Assembly: GCA_964057225.1 (NCBI GenBank)
Contig: OZ059895.1
Location: forward strand, 20,026,001 to 20,090,000
Direction: 5' to 3'
DNA: 64,000 bases
DNA from: Auanema rhodensis
Lineage: Eukaryota; Animalia; Nematoda
The number at the start of each line of letters is the position of its first letter. Positions within the stretch are counted from its first letter, which is position 1. This document shows, in pieces, positions 40,401-56,000 of the stretch. A program made the position numbers and the translations under genes. The notes under the pieces are model-generated. The model saw nothing but the letters and a program-made list of their open reading frames with translations. It was not told the DNA's origin and did no database searches.

Positions 40401-43400
40401 GAGCGTTTCTCAATGTAGTATAGTGCATTCGATGCGGATTTTTAAGCTGCGTCGATCTGTGTTATCAGATTTGCGCTAGCTTAAAAATGCACCGAGATAT
40501 CAACTGATATAAGTTCACACTTATATCCTGGATTTTCACCCTGAAGAAATTATTTTTTCGTTGAATAACATTGTCCATCGTCTTTGCCTTGAAAAAAGGA
40601 ATCTAAAAACATCTACTTCTTGCTAAATTATTTTGAAATTTTTCGAAAAAATTTTTGTCAAAATGTTTTTGGAAGCAATGTTGAGTGTACATGGAAACTC
40701 AACATACACTAATGCATCATTTTTCAAACGATCATAACTAATTTTTGTATTAAGCGTTTCTCAATGTAGTATAGTGCATTCGATGCGGATTTTTAAGCTG
40801 CGTCGATCTGTGTTATCGGATTTGCGCTAGCTTAAAAATGCACCGAGATATCAACTGATATATGTTCACACTTATATCCTCGATTTTCACCCTGAAGAAA
40901 TTATTTTTTCGTTGAATAACATTGTCCATCGTCTTTGCCTTGAAAAAAGGAATCTAAAAACATCTTCTTTTTGCTAAATTATTTTGAAATTTTTCGAAAA
41001 AATTTTTGTCAAAATGTTTTTGGAAGCAATGTTGAGTGTACATGGAAACTCAACATACACTAATGCATCATTTTTCAAACGATCATAACTAATTTTTGTA
41101 TTGAGCGTTTCTCAATGTAGTATAGTGCATTCGATGCGGATTTTTAAGCTGCGTCGATCTGTGTTATCAGATTTGCGCTAGCTTAAAAATGCACCGAGAT
41201 ATCAACTGATATATGTTCACACTTATATCCTCGATTTTCACCCTGAAGAAATTATTTTTTCGTTGAATAACATTATCCATCGTCTTTGCCTTGAAAAAAG
41301 GAATCTAAAAACATCTACTTCTTGCTAAATTATTTTGAAATTTTTCGAAAAAATTTTTGTCAAAATGTTTTTGGAAGCAATGTTGAGTGTACATGGAAAC
41401 TCAACATACACTAATGCATCATTTTTCAAACGATCATAACTAATTTTTGTATTAAGCGTTTCTCAATGTAGTATAGTGCATTCGATGCGGATTTTTAAGC
41501 TGCGTCGATCTGTGTTATCAGATTTGCGCTAGCTTAAAAATGCACCGAGATATCAACTGATATAAGTTCACACTTATATCCTCGATTTTCACCCTGAAGA
41601 AATTATTTTTTCGTTGAATAACATTGTCCATCGTCTTTGCCTTGGAAAAAGGAATCTAAAAACATCTTCTTTTTGCTAAATTATTTTGAAATTTTTCGAA
41701 AAAATTTTTGTCAAAATGTTTTTGGAAGCAATGTTGAGTGTACATGGAAACTCAACATACACTAATGCATCATTTTTCAAACGATCATAACTAATTTTTG
41801 TATTGAGCGTTTCTCAATGTAGTATAGTGCATTCGATGCGGATTTTTAAGCTGCGTCGATCTGTGTTATCAGATTTGCGCTAGCTTAAAAATGCACCGAG
41901 ATATCAACTGATATAAGTTCACACTTATATCCTCGATTTTCACCCTGAAGAAATTATTTTTTCGTTGAATAACATTGTCCATCGTCTTTGCCTTGAAAAA
42001 AGGAATCTAAAAACATCTACTTCTTGCTAAATTATTTTGAAATTTTTCGAAAAAATTTTTGTCAAAATGTTTTTGGAAGCAATGTTGAGTGTACATGGAA
42101 ACTCAACATACACTAATGCATCATTTTTCAGACGATCATAACTAATTTTTGTATTAAGCGTTTCTCAATGTAGTATAGTGCATTCGATGCGGATTTTTAA
42201 GCTGCGTCGATCTGTGTTATCAGATTTGCGCTAGCTTAAAAATGCACCGAGATATCAACTGATATATGTTCACACTTATATCCTCGATTTTCACCCTGAA
42301 GAAATTATTTTTTCGTTGAATAACATTGTCCATCGTCTTTGCCTTGAAAAAAGGAATCTAAAAACATCTACTTCTTGCTAAATTATTTTGAAATTTTTCG
42401 AAAAAATTTTTGTCAAAATGTTTTTGGAAGCAATGTTGAGTGTACATGGAAACTCAACATACACTAATGCATCATTTTTCAGACGATCATAACTAATTTT
42501 TGTATTAAGCGTTTCTCAATGTAGTATAGTGCATTCGATGCGGATTTTTAAGCTGCGTCGATCTGTGTTATCAGATTTGCGCTAGCTTAAAAATGCACCG
42601 AGATATCAACTGATATAAGTTCACACTTATATCCTCGATTTTCACCCTGAAGAAATTATTTTTTCGTTGAATAACATTGTCCATCGTCTTTGCCTTGAAA
42701 AAAGGAATCTAAAAACATCTACTTCTTGCTAAATTATTTTGAAATTTTTCGAAAAAATTTTTGTCAAAATGTTTTTGGAAGCAATGTTGAGTGTACATGG
42801 AAACTCAACATACACTAATGCATCATTTTTCAAACGATCATAACTAATTTTTGTATTGAGCGTTTCTCAATGTAGTATAGTGCATTCGATGCGGATTTTT
42901 AAGCTGCGTCGATCTGTGTTATCAGATTTGCGCTAGCTTAAAAATGCACCGAGATATCAACTGATATAAGTTCACACTTATATCCTGGATTTTCACCCTG
43001 AAGAAATTATTTTTTCGTTGAATAACATTGTCCATCGTCTTTGCCTTGAAAAAAGGAATCTAAAAACATCTACTTCTTGCTAAATTATTTTGAAATTTTT
43101 CGAAAAAATTTTTGTCAAAATGTTTTTGGAAGCAATGTTGAGTGTACATGGAAACTCAACATACACTAATGCATCATTTTTCAAACGATCATAACTAATT
43201 TTTGTATTAAGCGTTTCTCAATGTAGTATAGTGCATTCGATGCGGATTTTTAAGCTGCGTCGATCTGTGTTATCGGATTTGCGCTAGCTTAAAAATGCAC
43301 CGAGATATCAACTGATATATGTTCACACTTATATCCTCGATTTTCACCCTGAAGAAATTATTTTTTCGTTGAATAACATTGTCCATCGTCTTTGCCTTGA

Positions 43401-46400
43401 AAAAAGGAATCTAAAAACATCTTCTTTTTGCTAAATTATTTTGAAATTTTTCGAAAAAATTTTTGTCAAAATGTTTTTGGAAGCAATGTTGAGTGTACAT
43501 GGAAACTCAACATACACTAATGCATCATTTTTCAAACGATCATAACTAATTTTTGTATTGAGCGTTTCTCAATGTAGTATAGTGCATTCGATGCGGATTT
43601 TTAAGCTGCGTCGATCTGTGTTATCAGATTTGCGCTAGCTTAAAAATGCACCGAGATATCAACTGATATATGTTCACACTTATATCCTCGATTTTCACCC
43701 TGAAGAAATTATTTTTTCGTTGAATAACATTATCCATCGTCTTTGCCTTGAAAAAAGGAATCTAAAAACATCTACTTCTTGCTAAATTATTTTGAAATTT
43801 TTCGAAAAAATTTTTGTCAAAATGTTTTTGGAAGCAATGTTGAGTGTACATGGAAACTCAACATACACTAATGCATCATTTTTCAAACGATCATAACTAA
43901 TTTTTGTATTAAGCGTTTCTCAATGTAGTATAGTGCATTCGATGCGGATTTTTAAGCTGCGTCGATCTGTGTTATCAGATTTGCGCTAGCTTAAAAATGC
44001 ACCGAGATATCAACTGATATAAGTTCACACTTATATCCTCGATTTTCACCCTGAAGAAATTATTTTTTCGTTGAATAACATTGTCCATCGTCTTTGCCTT
44101 GAAAAAAGGAATCTAAAAACATCTTCTTTTTGCTAAATTATTTTGAAATTTTTCGAAAAAATTTTTGTCAAAATGTTTTTGGAAGCAATGTTGAGTGTAC
44201 ATGGAAACTCAACATACACTAATGCATCATTTTTCAAACGATCATAACTAATTTTTGTATTGAGCGTTTCTCAATGTAGTATAGTGCATTCGATGCGGAT
44301 TTTTAAGCTGCGTCGATCTGTGTTATCAGATTTGCGCTAGCTTAAAAATGCACCGAGATATCAACTGATATAAGTTCACACTTATATCCTCGATTTTCAC
44401 CCTGAAGAAATTATTTTTTCGTTGAATAACATTGTCCATCGTCTTTGCCTTGAAAAAAGGAATCTAAAAACATCTACTTCTTGCTAAATTATTTTGAAAT
44501 TTTTCGAAAAAATTTTTGTCAAAATGTTTTTGGAAGCAATGTTGAGTGTACATGGAAACTCAACATACACTAATGCATCATTTTTCAGACGATCATAACT
44601 AATTTTTGTATTAAGCGTTTCTCAATGTAGTATAGTGCATTCGATGCGGATTTTTAAGCTGCGTCGATCTGTGTTATCAGATTTGCGCTAGCTTAAAAAT
44701 GCACCGAGATATCAACTGATATATGTTCACACTTATATCCTCGATTTTCACCCTGAAGAAATTATTTTTTCGTTGAATAACATTATCCATCGTCTTTGCC
44801 TTGAAAAAAGGAATCTAAAAACATCTACTTCTTGCTAAATTATTTTGAAATTTTTCGAAAAAATTTTTGTCAAAATGTTTTTGGAAGCAATGTTGAGTGT
44901 ACATGGAAACTCAACATACACTAATGCATCATTTTTCAAACGATCATAACTAATTTTTGTATTAAGCGTTTCTCAATGTAGTATAGTGCATTCGATGCGG
45001 ATTTTTAAGCTGCGTCGATCTGTGTTATCAGATTTGCGCTAGCTTAAAAATGCACCGAGATATCAACTGATATAAGTTCACACTTATATCCTCGATTTTC
45101 ACCCTGAAGAAATTATTTTTTCGTTGAATAACATTGTCCATCGTCTTTGCCTTGAAAAAAGGAATCTAAAAACATCTTCTTTTTGCTAAATTATTTTGAA
45201 ATTTTTCGAAAAAATTTTTGTCAAAATGTTTTTGGAAGCAATGTTGAGTGTACATGGAAACTCAACATACACTAATGCATCATTTTTCAGACGATCATAA
45301 CTAATTTTTGTATTAAGCGTTTCTCAATGTAGTATAGTGCATTCGATGCGGATTTTTAAGCTGCGTCGATCTGTGTTATCAGATTTGCGCTAGCTTAAAA
45401 ATGCACCGAGATATCAACTGATATATGTTTACACTTATATCCTCGATTTTCACCCTGAAGAAATTATTTTTTCGTTGAATAACATTATCCATCGTCTTTG
45501 CCTTGAAAAAAGGAATCTAAAAACATCTACTTCTTGCTAAATTATTTTGAAATTTTTCGAAAAAATTTTTGTCAAAATGTTTTTGGAAGCAATGTTGAGT
45601 GTACATGGAAACTCAACATACACTAATGCATCATTTTTCAAACGATCATAACTAATTTTTGTATTAAGCGTTTCTCAATGTAGTATAGTGCATTCGATGC
45701 GGATTTTTAAGCTGCGTCGATCTGTGTTATCAGATTTGCGCTAGCTTAAAAATGCACCGAGATATCAACTGATATATGTTCACACTTATATCCTCGATTT
45801 TCACCCTGAAGAAATTATTTTTTCGTTGAATAACATTATCCATCGTCTTTGCCTTGAAAAAAGGAATCTAAAAACATCTACTTCTTGCTAAATTATTTTG
45901 AAATTTTTCGAAAAAATTTTTGTCAAAATGTTTTTGGAAGCAATGTTGAGTGTACATGGAAACTCAACATACACTAATGCATCATTTTTCAAACGATCAT
46001 AACTAATTTTTGTATTGAGCGTTTCTCAATGTAGTATAGTGCATTCGATGCGGATTTTTAAGCTGCGTCGATCTGTGTTATCAGATTTGCGCTAGCTTAA
46101 AAATGCACCGAGATATCAACTGATATAAGTTCACACTTATATCCTCGATTTTCACCCTGAAGAAATTATTTTTTCGTTGAATAACATTGTCCATCGTCTT
46201 TGCCTTGAAAAAGGAATCTAAAAACATCTTCTTTTTGCTAAATTATTTTGAAATTTTTCGAAAAAATTTTTGTCAAAATGTTTTTGGAAGCAATGTTGAG
46301 TGTACATGGAAACTCAACATACACTAATGCATCATTTTTCAGACGATCATAACTAATTTTTGTATTAAGCGTTTCTCAATGTAGTATAGTGCATTCGATG

Positions 46401-49400
46401 CGGATTTTTAAGCTGCGTCGATCTGTGTTATCAGATTTGCGCTAGCTTAAAAATGCACCGAGATATCAACTGATATATGTTCACACTTATATCCTCGATT
46501 TTCACCCTGAAGAAATTATTTTTTCGTTGAATAACATTATCCATCGTCTTTGCCTTGAAAAAAGGAATCTAAAAACATCTACTTCTTGCTAAATTATTTT
46601 GAAATTTTTCGAAAAAATTTTTGTCAAAATGTTTTTGGAAGCAATGTTGAGTGTACATGGAAACTCAACATACACTAATGCATCATTTTTCAAACGATCA
46701 TAACTAATTTTTGTATTAAGCGTTTCTCAATGTAGTATAGTGCATTCGATGCGGATTTTTAAGCTGCGTCGATCTGTGTTATCAGATTTGCGCTAGCTTA
46801 AAAATGCACCGAGATATCAACTGATATAAGTTCACACTTATATCCTCGATTTTCACCCTGAAGAAATTATTTTTTCGTTGAATAACATTGTCCATCGTCT
46901 TTGCCTTGAAAAAAGGAATCTAAAAACATCTTCTTTTTGCTAAATTATTTTGAAATTTTTCGAAAAAATTTTTGTCAAAATGTTTTTGGAAGCAATGTTG
47001 AGTGTACATGGAAACTCAACATACACTAATGCATCATTTTTCAAACGATCATAACTAATTTTTGTATTGAGCGTTTCTCAATGTAGTATAGTGCATTCGA
47101 TGCGGATTTTTAAGCTGCGTCGATCTGTGTTATCAGATTTGCGCTAGCTTAAAAATGCACCGAGATATCAACTGATATATGTTCACACTTATATCCTCGA
47201 TTTTCACCCTGAAGAAATTATTTTTTCGTTGAATAACATTGTCCATCGTCTTTGCCTTGAAAAAAGGAATCTAAAAACATCTTCTTTTTGCTAAATTATT
47301 TTGAAATTTTTCGAAAAAATTTTTGTCAAAATGTTTTTGGAAGCAATGTTGAGTGTACATGGAAACTCAACATACACTAATGCATCATTTTTCAAACGAT
47401 CATAACTAATTTTTGTATTGAGCGTTTCTCAATGTAGTATAGTGCATTCGATGCGGATTTTTAAGCTGCGTCGATCTGTGTTATCAGATTTGCGCTAGCT
47501 TAAAAATGCACCGAGATATCAACTGATATATGTTCACACTTATATCCTCGATTTTCACCCTGAAGAAATTATTTTTTCGTTGAATAACATTGTCCATCGT
47601 CTTTGCCTTGAAAAAAGGAATCTAAAAACATCTACTTCTTGCTAAATTATTTTGAAATTTTTCGAAAAAATTTTTGTCAAAATGTTTTTGGAAGCAATGT
47701 TGAGTGTACATGGAAACTCAACATACACTAATGCATCATTTTTCAGACGATCATAACTAATTTTTGTATTAAGCGTTTCTCAATGTAGTATAGTGCATTC
47801 GATGCGGATTTTTAAGCTGCGTCGATCTGTGTTATCAGATTTGCGCTAGCTTAAAAATGCACCGAGATATCAACTGATATAAGTTCACACTTATATCCTC
47901 GATTTTCACCCTGAAGAAATTATTTTTTCGTTGAATAACATTGTCCATCGTCTTTGCCTTGAAAAAAGGAATCTAAAAACATCTACTTCTTGCTAAATTA
48001 TTTTGAAATTTTTCGAAAAAATTTTTGTCAAAATGTTTTTGGAAGCAATGTTGAGTGTACATGGAAACTCAACATACACTAATGCATCATTTTTCAAACG
48101 ATCATAACTAATTTTTGTATTGAGCGTTTCTCAATGTAGTATAGTGCATTCGATGCGGATTTTTAAGCTGCGTCGATCTGTGTTATCAGATTTGCGCTAG
48201 CTTAAAAATGCACCGAGATATCAACTGATATAAGTTCACACTTATATCCTGGATTTTCACCCTGAAGAAATTATTTTTTCGTTGAATAACATTGTCCATC
48301 GTCTTTGCCTTGAAAAAAGGAATCTAAAAACATCTACTTCTTGCTAAATTATTTTGAAATTTTTCGAAAAAATTTTTGTCAAAATGTTTTTGGAAGCAAT
48401 GTTGAGTGTACATGGAAACTCAACATACACTAATGCATCATTTTTCAAACGATCATAACTAATTTTTGTATTAAGCGTTTCTCAATGTAGTATAGTGCAT
48501 TCGATGCGGATTTTTAAGCTGCGTCGATCTGTGTTATCGGATTTGCGCTAGCTTAAAAATGCACCGAGATATCAACTGATATATGTTCACACTTATATCC
48601 TCGATTTTCACCCTGAAGAAATTATTTTTTCGTTGAATAACATTGTCCATCGTCTTTGCCTTGAAAAAAGGAATCTAAAAACATCTTCTTTTTGCTAAAT
48701 TATTTTGAAATTTTTCGAAAAAATTTTTGTCAAAATGTTTTTGGAAGCAATGTTGAGTGTACATGGAAACTCAACATACACTAATGCATCATTTTTCAAA
48801 CGATCATAACTAATTTTTGTATTGAGCGTTTCTCAATGTAGTATAGTGCATTCGATGCGGATTTTTAAGCTGCGTCGATCTGTGTTATCAGATTTGCGCT
48901 AGCTTAAAAATGCACCGAGATATCAACTGATATATGTTCACACTTATATCCTCGATTTTCACCCTGAAGAAATTATTTTTTCGTTGAATAACATTATCCA
49001 TCGTCTTTGCCTTGAAAAAAGGAATCTAAAAACATCTACTTCTTGCTAAATTATTTTGAAATTTTTCGAAAAAATTTTTGTCAAAATGTTTTTGGAAGCA
49101 ATGTTGAGTGTACATGGAAACTCAACATACACTAATGCATCATTTTTCAAACGATCATAACTAATTTTTGTATTAAGCGTTTCTCAATGTAGTATAGTGC
49201 ATTCGATGCGGATTTTTAAGCTGCGTCGATCTGTGTTATCAGATTTGCGCTAGCTTAAAAATGCACCGAGATATCAACTGATATAAGTTCACACTTATAT
49301 CCTCGATTTTCACCCTGAAGAAATTATTTTTTCGTTGAATAACATTGTCCATCGTCTTTGCCTTGAAAAAAGGAATCTAAAAACATCTTCTTTTTGCTAA

Positions 49401-50070
49401 ATTATTTTGAAATTTTTCGAAAAAATTTTTGTCAAAATGTTTTTGGAAGCAATGTTGAGTGTACATGGAAACTCAACATACACTAATGCATCATTTTTCA
49501 AACGATCATAACTAATTTTTGTATTGAGCGTTTCTCAATGTAGTATAGTGCATTCGATGCGGATTTTTAAGCTGCGTCGATCTGTGTTATCAGATTTGCG
49601 CTAGCTTAAAAATGCACCGAGATATCAACTGATATAAGTTCACACTTATATCCTCGATTTTCACCCTGAAGAAATTATTTTTTCGTTGAATAACATTGTC
49701 CATCGTCTTTGCCTTGAAAAAAGGAATCTAAAAACATCTACTTCTTGCTAAATTATTTTGAAATTTTTCGAAAAAATTTTTGTCAAAATGTTTTTGGAAG
49801 CAATGTTGAGTGTACATGGAAACTCAACATACACTAATGCATCATTTTTCAGACGATCATAACTAATTTTTGTATTAAGCGTTTCTCAATGTAGTATAGT
49901 GCATTCGATGCGGATTTTTAAGCTGCGTCGATCTGTGTTATCAGATTTGCGCTAGCTTAAAAATGCACCGAGATATCAACTGATATAAGTTCACACTTAT
50001 ATCCTCGATTTTCACCCTGAAGAAATTATTTTTTCGTTGAATAACATTGTCCATCGTCTTTGCCTTGAAA
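37436..50070. repeat. Second 7-mer (2457-bp) HOR: 3 tandem copies (37436-44806), a shuffled interval, and a 4th copy at about 47614-50070
   Basis: TTCAGACG is at 37568/40025/42482 and 42131/44588. ACATTATCC is at 38818/41275/43732. TTATCGGAT is at 40818/43275. All these spacings are 2457. The same markers recur at 47746, 48539, 48996 and 49852, which is +5264 (15x351-1) from the third copy. Confidence 0.9.
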
Positions 50071-53000
50071 AAAGGAATCTAAAAACATCTACTTCTTGCT
50101 AAATTATTTTGAAATTTTTCGAAAAAATTTTTGTCAAAATGTTTTTGGAAGCAATGTTGAGTGTACATGGAAACTCAACATACACTAATGCATCATTTTT
50201 CAAACGATCATAACTAATTTTTGTATTGAGCGTTTCTCAATGTAGTATAGTGCATTCGATGCGGATTTTTAAGCTGCGTCGATCTGTGTTATCAGATTTG
50301 CGCTAGCTTAAAAATGCACCGAGATATCAACTGATATAAGTTCACACTTATATCCTGGATTTTCACCCTGAAGAAATTATTTTTTCGTTGAATAACATTG
50401 TCCATCGTCTTTGCCTTGAAAAAAGGAATCTAAAAACATCTACTTCTTGCTAAATTATTTTGAAATTTTTCGAAAAAATTTTTGTCAAAATGTTTTTGGA
50501 AGCAATGTTGAGTGTACATGGAAACTCAACATACACTAATGCATCATTTTTCAAACGATCATAACTAATTTTTGTATTAAGCGTTTCTCAATGTAGTATA
50601 GTGCATTCGATGCGGATTTTTAAGCTGCGTCGATCTGTGTTATCAGATTTGCGCTAGCTTAAAAATGCACCGAGATATCAACTGATATATGTTCACACTT
50701 ATATCCTCGATTTTCACCCTGAAGAAATTATTTTTTCGTTGAATAACATTGTCCATCGTCTTTGCCTTGAAAAAAGGAATCTAAAAACATCTTCTTTTTG
50801 CTAAATTATTTTGAAATTTTTCGAAAAAATTTTTGTCAAAATGTTTTTGGAAGCAATGTTGAGTGTACATGGAAACTCAACATACACTAATGCATCATTT
50901 TTCAAACGATCATAACTAATTTTTGTATTGAGCGTTTCTCAATGTAGTATAGTGCATTCGATGCGGATTTTTAAGCTGCGTCGATCTGTGTTATCAGATT
51001 TGCGCTAGCTTAAAAATGCACCGAGATATCAACTGATATATGTTCACACTTATATCCTCGATTTTCACCCTGAAGAAATTATTTTTTCGTTGAATAACAT
51101 TGTCCATCGTCTTTGCCTTGAAAAAAGGAATCTAAAAACATCTACTTCTTGCTAAATTATTTTGAAATTTTTCGAAAAAATTTTTGTCAAAATGTTTTTG
51201 GAAGCAATGTTGAGTGTACATGGAAACTCAACATACACTAATGCATCATTTTTCAAACGATCATAACTAATTTTTGTATTGAGCGTTTCTCAATGTAGTA
51301 TAGTGCATTCGATGCGGATTTTTAAGCTGCGTCGATCTGTGTTATCAGATTTGCGCTAGCTTAAAAATGCACCGAGATATCAACTGATATAAGTTCACAC
51401 TTATATCCTCGATTTTCACCCTGAAGAAATTATTTTTTCGTTGAATAACATTGTCCATCGTCTTTGCCTTGAAAAAAGGAATCTAAAAACATCTACTTCT
51501 TGCTAAATTATTTTGAAATTTTTCGAAAAAATTTTTGTCAAAATGTTTTTGGAAGCAATGTTGAGTGTACATGGAAACTCAACATACACTAATGCATCAT
51601 TTTTCAAACGATCATAACTAATTTTTGTATTGAGCGTTTCTCAATGTAGTATAGTGCATTCGATGCGGATTTTTAAGCTGCGTCGATCTGTGTTATCAGA
51701 TTTGCGCTAGCTTAAAAATGCACCGAGATATCAACTGATATAAGTTCACACTTATATCCTGGATTTTCACCCTGAAGAAATTATTTTTTCGTTGAATAAC
51801 ATTGTCCATCGTCTTTGCCTTGAAAAAAGGAATCTAAAAACATCTACTTCTTGCTAAATTATTTTGAAATTTTTCGAAAAAATTTTTGTCAAAATGTTTT
51901 TGGAAGCAATGTTGAGTGTACATGGAAACTCAACATACACTAATGCATCATTTTTCAAACGATCATAACTAATTTTTGTATTAAGCGTTTCTCAATGTAG
52001 TATAGTGCATTCGATGCGGATTTTTAAGCTGCGTCGATCTGTGTTATCAGATTTGCGCTAGCTTAAAAATGCACCGAGATATCAACTGATATATGTTCAC
52101 ACTTATATCCTCGATTTTCACCCTGAAGAAATTATTTTTTCGTTGAATAACATTGTCCATCGTCTTTGCCTTGAAAAAAGGAATCTAAAAACATCTTCTT
52201 TTTGCTAAATTATTTTGAAATTTTTCGAAAAAATTTTTGTCAAAATGTTTTTGGAAGCAATGTTGAGTGTACATGGAAACTCAACATACACTAATGCATC
52301 ATTTTTCAAACGATCATAACTAATTTTTGTATTGAGCGTTTCTCAATGTAGTATAGTGCATTCGATGCGGATTTTTAAGCTGCGTCGATCTGTGTTATCA
52401 GATTTGCGCTAGCTTAAAAATGCACCGAGATATCAACTGATATATGTTCACACTTATATCCTCGATTTTCACCCTGAAGAAATTATTTTTTCGTTGAATA
52501 ACATTGTCCATCGTCTTTGCCTTGAAAAAAGGAATCTAAAAACATCTACTTCTTGCTAAATTATTTTGAAATTTTTCGAAAAAATTTTTGTCAAAATGTT
52601 TTTGGAAGCAATGTTGAGTGTACATGGAAACTCAACATACACTAATGCATCATTTTTCAAACGATCATAACTAATTTTTGTATTAAGCGTTTCTCAATGT
52701 AGTATAGTGCATTCGATGCGGATTTTTAAGCTGCGTCGATCTGTGTTATCAGATTTGCGCTAGCTTAAAAATGCACCGAGATATCAACTGATATAAGTTC
52801 ACACTTATATCCTCGATTTTCACCCTGAAGAAATTATTTTTTCGTTGAATAACATTGTCCATCGTCTTTGCCTTGAAAAAAGGAATCTAAAAACATCTAC
52901 TTCTTGCTAAATTATTTTGAAATTTTTCGAAAAAATTTTTGTCAAAATGTTTTTGGAAGCAATGTTGAGTGTACATGGAAACTCAACATACACTAATGCA

Positions 53001-56000
53001 TCATTTTTCAAACGATCATAACTAATTTTTGTATTGAGCGTTTCTCAATGTAGTATAGTGCATTCGATGCGGATTTTTAAGCTGCGTCGATCTGTGTTAT
53101 CAGATTTGCGCTAGCTTAAAAATGCACCGAGATATCAACTGATATATGTTCACACTTATATCCTCGATTTTCACCCTGAAGAAATTATTTTTTCGTTGAA
53201 TAACATTGTCCATCGTCTTTGCCTTGAAAAAAGGAATCTAAAAACATCTACTTCTTGCTAAATTATTTTGAAATTTTTCGAAAAAATTTTTGTCAAAATG
53301 TTTTTGGAAGCAATGTTGAGTGTACATGGAAACTCAACATACACTAATGCATCATTTTTCAAACGATCATAACTAATTTTTGTATTAAGCGTTTCTCAAT
53401 GTAGTATAGTGCATTCGATGCGGATTTTTAAGCTGCGTCGATCTGTGTTATCAGATTTGCGCTAGCTTAAAAATGCACCGAGATATCAACTGATATAAGT
53501 TCACACTTATATCCTCGATTTTCACCCTGAAGAAATTATTTTTTCGTTGAATAACATTGTCCATCGTCTTTGCCTTGAAAAAAGGAATCTAAAAACATCT
53601 ACTTCTTGCTAAATTATTTTGAAATTTTTCGAAAAAATTTTTGTCAAAATGTTTTTGGAAGCAATGTTGAGTGTACATGGAAACTCAACATACACTAATG
53701 CATCATTTTTCAAACGATCATAACTAATTTTTGTATTAAGCGTTTCTCAATGTAGTATAGTGCATTCGATGCGGATTTTTAAGCTGCGTCGATCTGTGTT
53801 ATCAGATTTGCGCTAGCTTAAAAATGCACCGAGATATCAACTGATATAAGTTCACACTTATATCCTCGATTTTCACCCTGAAGAAATTATTTTTTCGTTG
53901 AATAACATTGTCCATCGTCTTTGCCTTGAAAAAAGGAATCTAAAAACATCTACTTCTTGCTAAATTATTTTGAAATTTTTCGAAAAAATTTTTGTCAAAA
54001 TGTTTTTGGAAGCAATGTTGAGTGTACATGGAAACTCAACATACACTAATGCATCATTTTTCAAACGATCATAACTAATTTTTGTATTGAGCGTTTCTCA
54101 ATGTAGTATAGTGCATTCGATGCGGATTTTTAAGCTGCGTCGATCTGTGTTATCAGATTTGCGCTAGCTTAAAAATGCACCGAGATATCAACTGATATAA
54201 GTTCACACTTATATCCTGGATTTTCACCCTGAAGAAATTATTTTTTCGTTGAATAACATTGTCCATCGTCTTTGCCTTGAAAAAAGGAATCTAAAAACAT
54301 CTACTTCTTGCTAAATTATTTTGAAATTTTTCGAAAAAATTTTTGTCAAAATGTTTTTGGAAGCAATGTTGAGTGTACATGGAAACTCAACATACACTAA
54401 TGCATCATTTTTCAAACGATCATAACTAATTTTTGTATTAAGCGTTTCTCAATGTAGTATAGTGCATTCGATGCGGATTTTTAAGCTGCGTCGATCTGTG
54501 TTATCAGATTTGCGCTAGCTTAAAAATGCACCGAGATATCAACTGATATAAGTTCACACTTATATCCTCGATTTTCACCCTGAAGAAATTATTTTTTCGT
54601 TGAATAACATTGTCCATCGTCTTTGCCTTGAAAAAAGGAATCTAAAAACATCTACTTCTTGCTAAATTATTTTGAAATTTTTCGAAAAAATTTTTGTCAA
54701 AATGTTTTTGGAAGCAATGTTGAGTGTACATGGAAACTCAACATACACTAATGCATCATTTTTCAAACGATCATAACTAATTTTTGTATTAAGCGTTTCT
54801 CAATGTAGTATAGTGCATTCGATGCGGATTTTTAAGCTGCGTCGATCTGTGTTATCAGATTTGCGCTAGCTTAAAAATGCACCGAGATATCAACTGATAT
54901 AAGTTCACACTTATATCCTCGATTTTCACCCTGAAGAAATTATTTTTTCGTTGAATAACATTGTCCATCGTCTTTGCCTTGAAAAAAGGAATCTAAAAAC
55001 ATCTACTTCTTGCTAAATTATTTTGAAATTTTTCGAAAAAATTTTTGTCAAAATGTTTTTGGAAGCAATGTTGAGTGTACATGGAAACTCAACATACACT
55101 AATGCATCATTTTTCAAACGATCATAACTAATTTTTGTATTGAGCGTTTCTCAATGTAGTATAGTGCATTCGATGCGGATTTTTAAGCTGCGTCGATCTG
55201 TGTTATCAGATTTGCGCTAGCTTAAAAATGCACCGAGATATCAACTGATATATGTTCACACTTATATCCTCGATTTTCACCCTGAAGAAATTATTTTTTC
55301 GTTGAATAACATTGTCCATCGTCTTTGCCTTGAAAAAAGGAATCTAAAAACATCTACTTCTTGCTAAATTATTTTGAAATTTTTCGAAAAAATTTTTGTC
55401 AAAATGTTTTTGGAAGCAATGTTGAGTGTACATGGAAACTCAACATACACTAATGCATCATTTTTCAAACGATCATAACTAATTTTTGTATTGAGCGTTT
55501 CTCAATGTAGTATAGTGCATTCGATGCGGATTTTTAAGCTGCGTCGATCTGTGTTATCAGATTTGCGCTAGCTTAAAAATGCACCGAGATATCAACTGAT
55601 ATAAGTTCACACTTATATCCTCGATTTTCACCCTGAAGAAATTATTTTTTCGTTGAATAACATTGTCCATCGTCTTTGCCTTGAAAAAAGGAATCTAAAA
55701 ACATCTACTTCTTGCTAAATTATTTTGAAATTTTTCGAAAAAATTTTTGTCAAAATGTTTTTGGAAGCAATGTTGAGTGTACATGGAAACTCAACATACA
55801 CTAATGCATCATTTTTCAAACGATCATAACTAATTTTTGTATTAAGCGTTTCTCAATGTAGTATAGTGCATTCGATGCGGATTTTTAAGCTGCGTCGATC
55901 TGTGTTATCAGATTTGCGCTAGCTTAAAAATGCACCGAGATATCAACTGATATAAGTTCACACTTATATCCTCGATTTTCACCCTGAAGAAATTATTTTT

